From Octopus sinensis (lineage: Eukaryota), in assembly GCF_006345805.1 (NCBI RefSeq), contig NC_043024.1, positions 11,966,001 to 12,030,000 on the forward strand: a stretch of DNA of 64,000 nt. Reading direction: 5' to 3'. The notes under the pieces were generated by a model. It saw nothing but the letters and a program-made list of their open reading frames with translations, was not told where the DNA came from and did no database searches. Positions 1 to 64,000 of this stretch are shown here, piece by piece. Each line of letters opens with the position of its first letter. The stretch's first letter is position 1. The translations under genes were made by a program, and so were the position numbers.

Positions 1-39
1 GTTTTATCATGTTCTTGCTGTTCTAGTTTTAGTTTGGAT

Positions 40-320
40 TCATTTGTTTCTTCTTTCTTCTTCTTTTTCTCTTCTTCTTCTTCTTCTTCTTCTTCTCTTT
101 CTTCTCTTCTTATCTCTTCTTCTTCTTCTTCTTCTTCCTTCTTCTTCTTCTCTTCTTCTTCTTTTTCTTCTTCCTTCTCATTCTTCTTCTTCTCTTCTTC
201 TTATTCTTTCTTCTCTTCTTTTTTTCTTCTTTTCTTCTTCTTTTCTCCTCTCCTCCTCCTCCTACTCCTTCTTCTTCTTATTCTCTTCTTCTTCTTTCTT
301 CTTCTTCTCCTTCTTCTCAT
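40..320. repeat. (TCT)n trinucleotide microsatellite
   Basis: Direct inspection. Confidence 0.95.
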
Positions 321-579
321 ATTTGTTAGGTGGTGTGATTTCTGTTTGTATTTGTCAGCTTCCTTAAATACTGAGAACATTTTTTTTTGTTTTGCTCGTG
401 TTTTGCCGCTATTTGTATCAGTTTTCCTTCCTTCTGAAGTAGATATTTCCCTACAGCTTCACATATCCATTCTTACCAAGATTCTTCATTCTTTTTTTGT
501 GCAAAAGCCCCGTGTTAATCCCAATATCGAGTTCAGCATATACCAATGAATTGTGAGATGTTTTCCTCTTCTGTTTTAG

Positions 580-64000
<63,421 letters not shown>

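Overview
AT-rich, microsatellite- and SINE-laden animal genomic DNA; the repeat families look like those of Octopus (inference). The whole window lies inside one large + strand gene with no start or stop in view. I reconstructed 30 coding exons by hand with canonical AG/GT sites and matching phases; many are missing from the ORF track. Domain order: vWD(D2-like)-C8-TIL-E, TIL'-E', vWD(D3-like)-C8-TIL-E, six LDL-receptor class A repeats, a short Thr/Glu linker, four tandem copies of a two-exon module (Pro/Thr linker plus a divergent ~138-aa discoidin/F5-8 type C-like domain), then one giant Pro/Thr/Ser exon of at least 9.6 kb still open at base 64000. The N-terminal half is SCO-spondin-like and the C-terminal half is a gel-forming-mucin-type PTS region. 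Exon 3 carries an apparent 1-nt frameshift. Introns hold tRNA-derived SINEs, mariner- and piggyBac-like MITEs, Helentron-like elements, RTE and R4/Dong LINE fragments, and fold-back repeats. Repeat boundaries are approximate.
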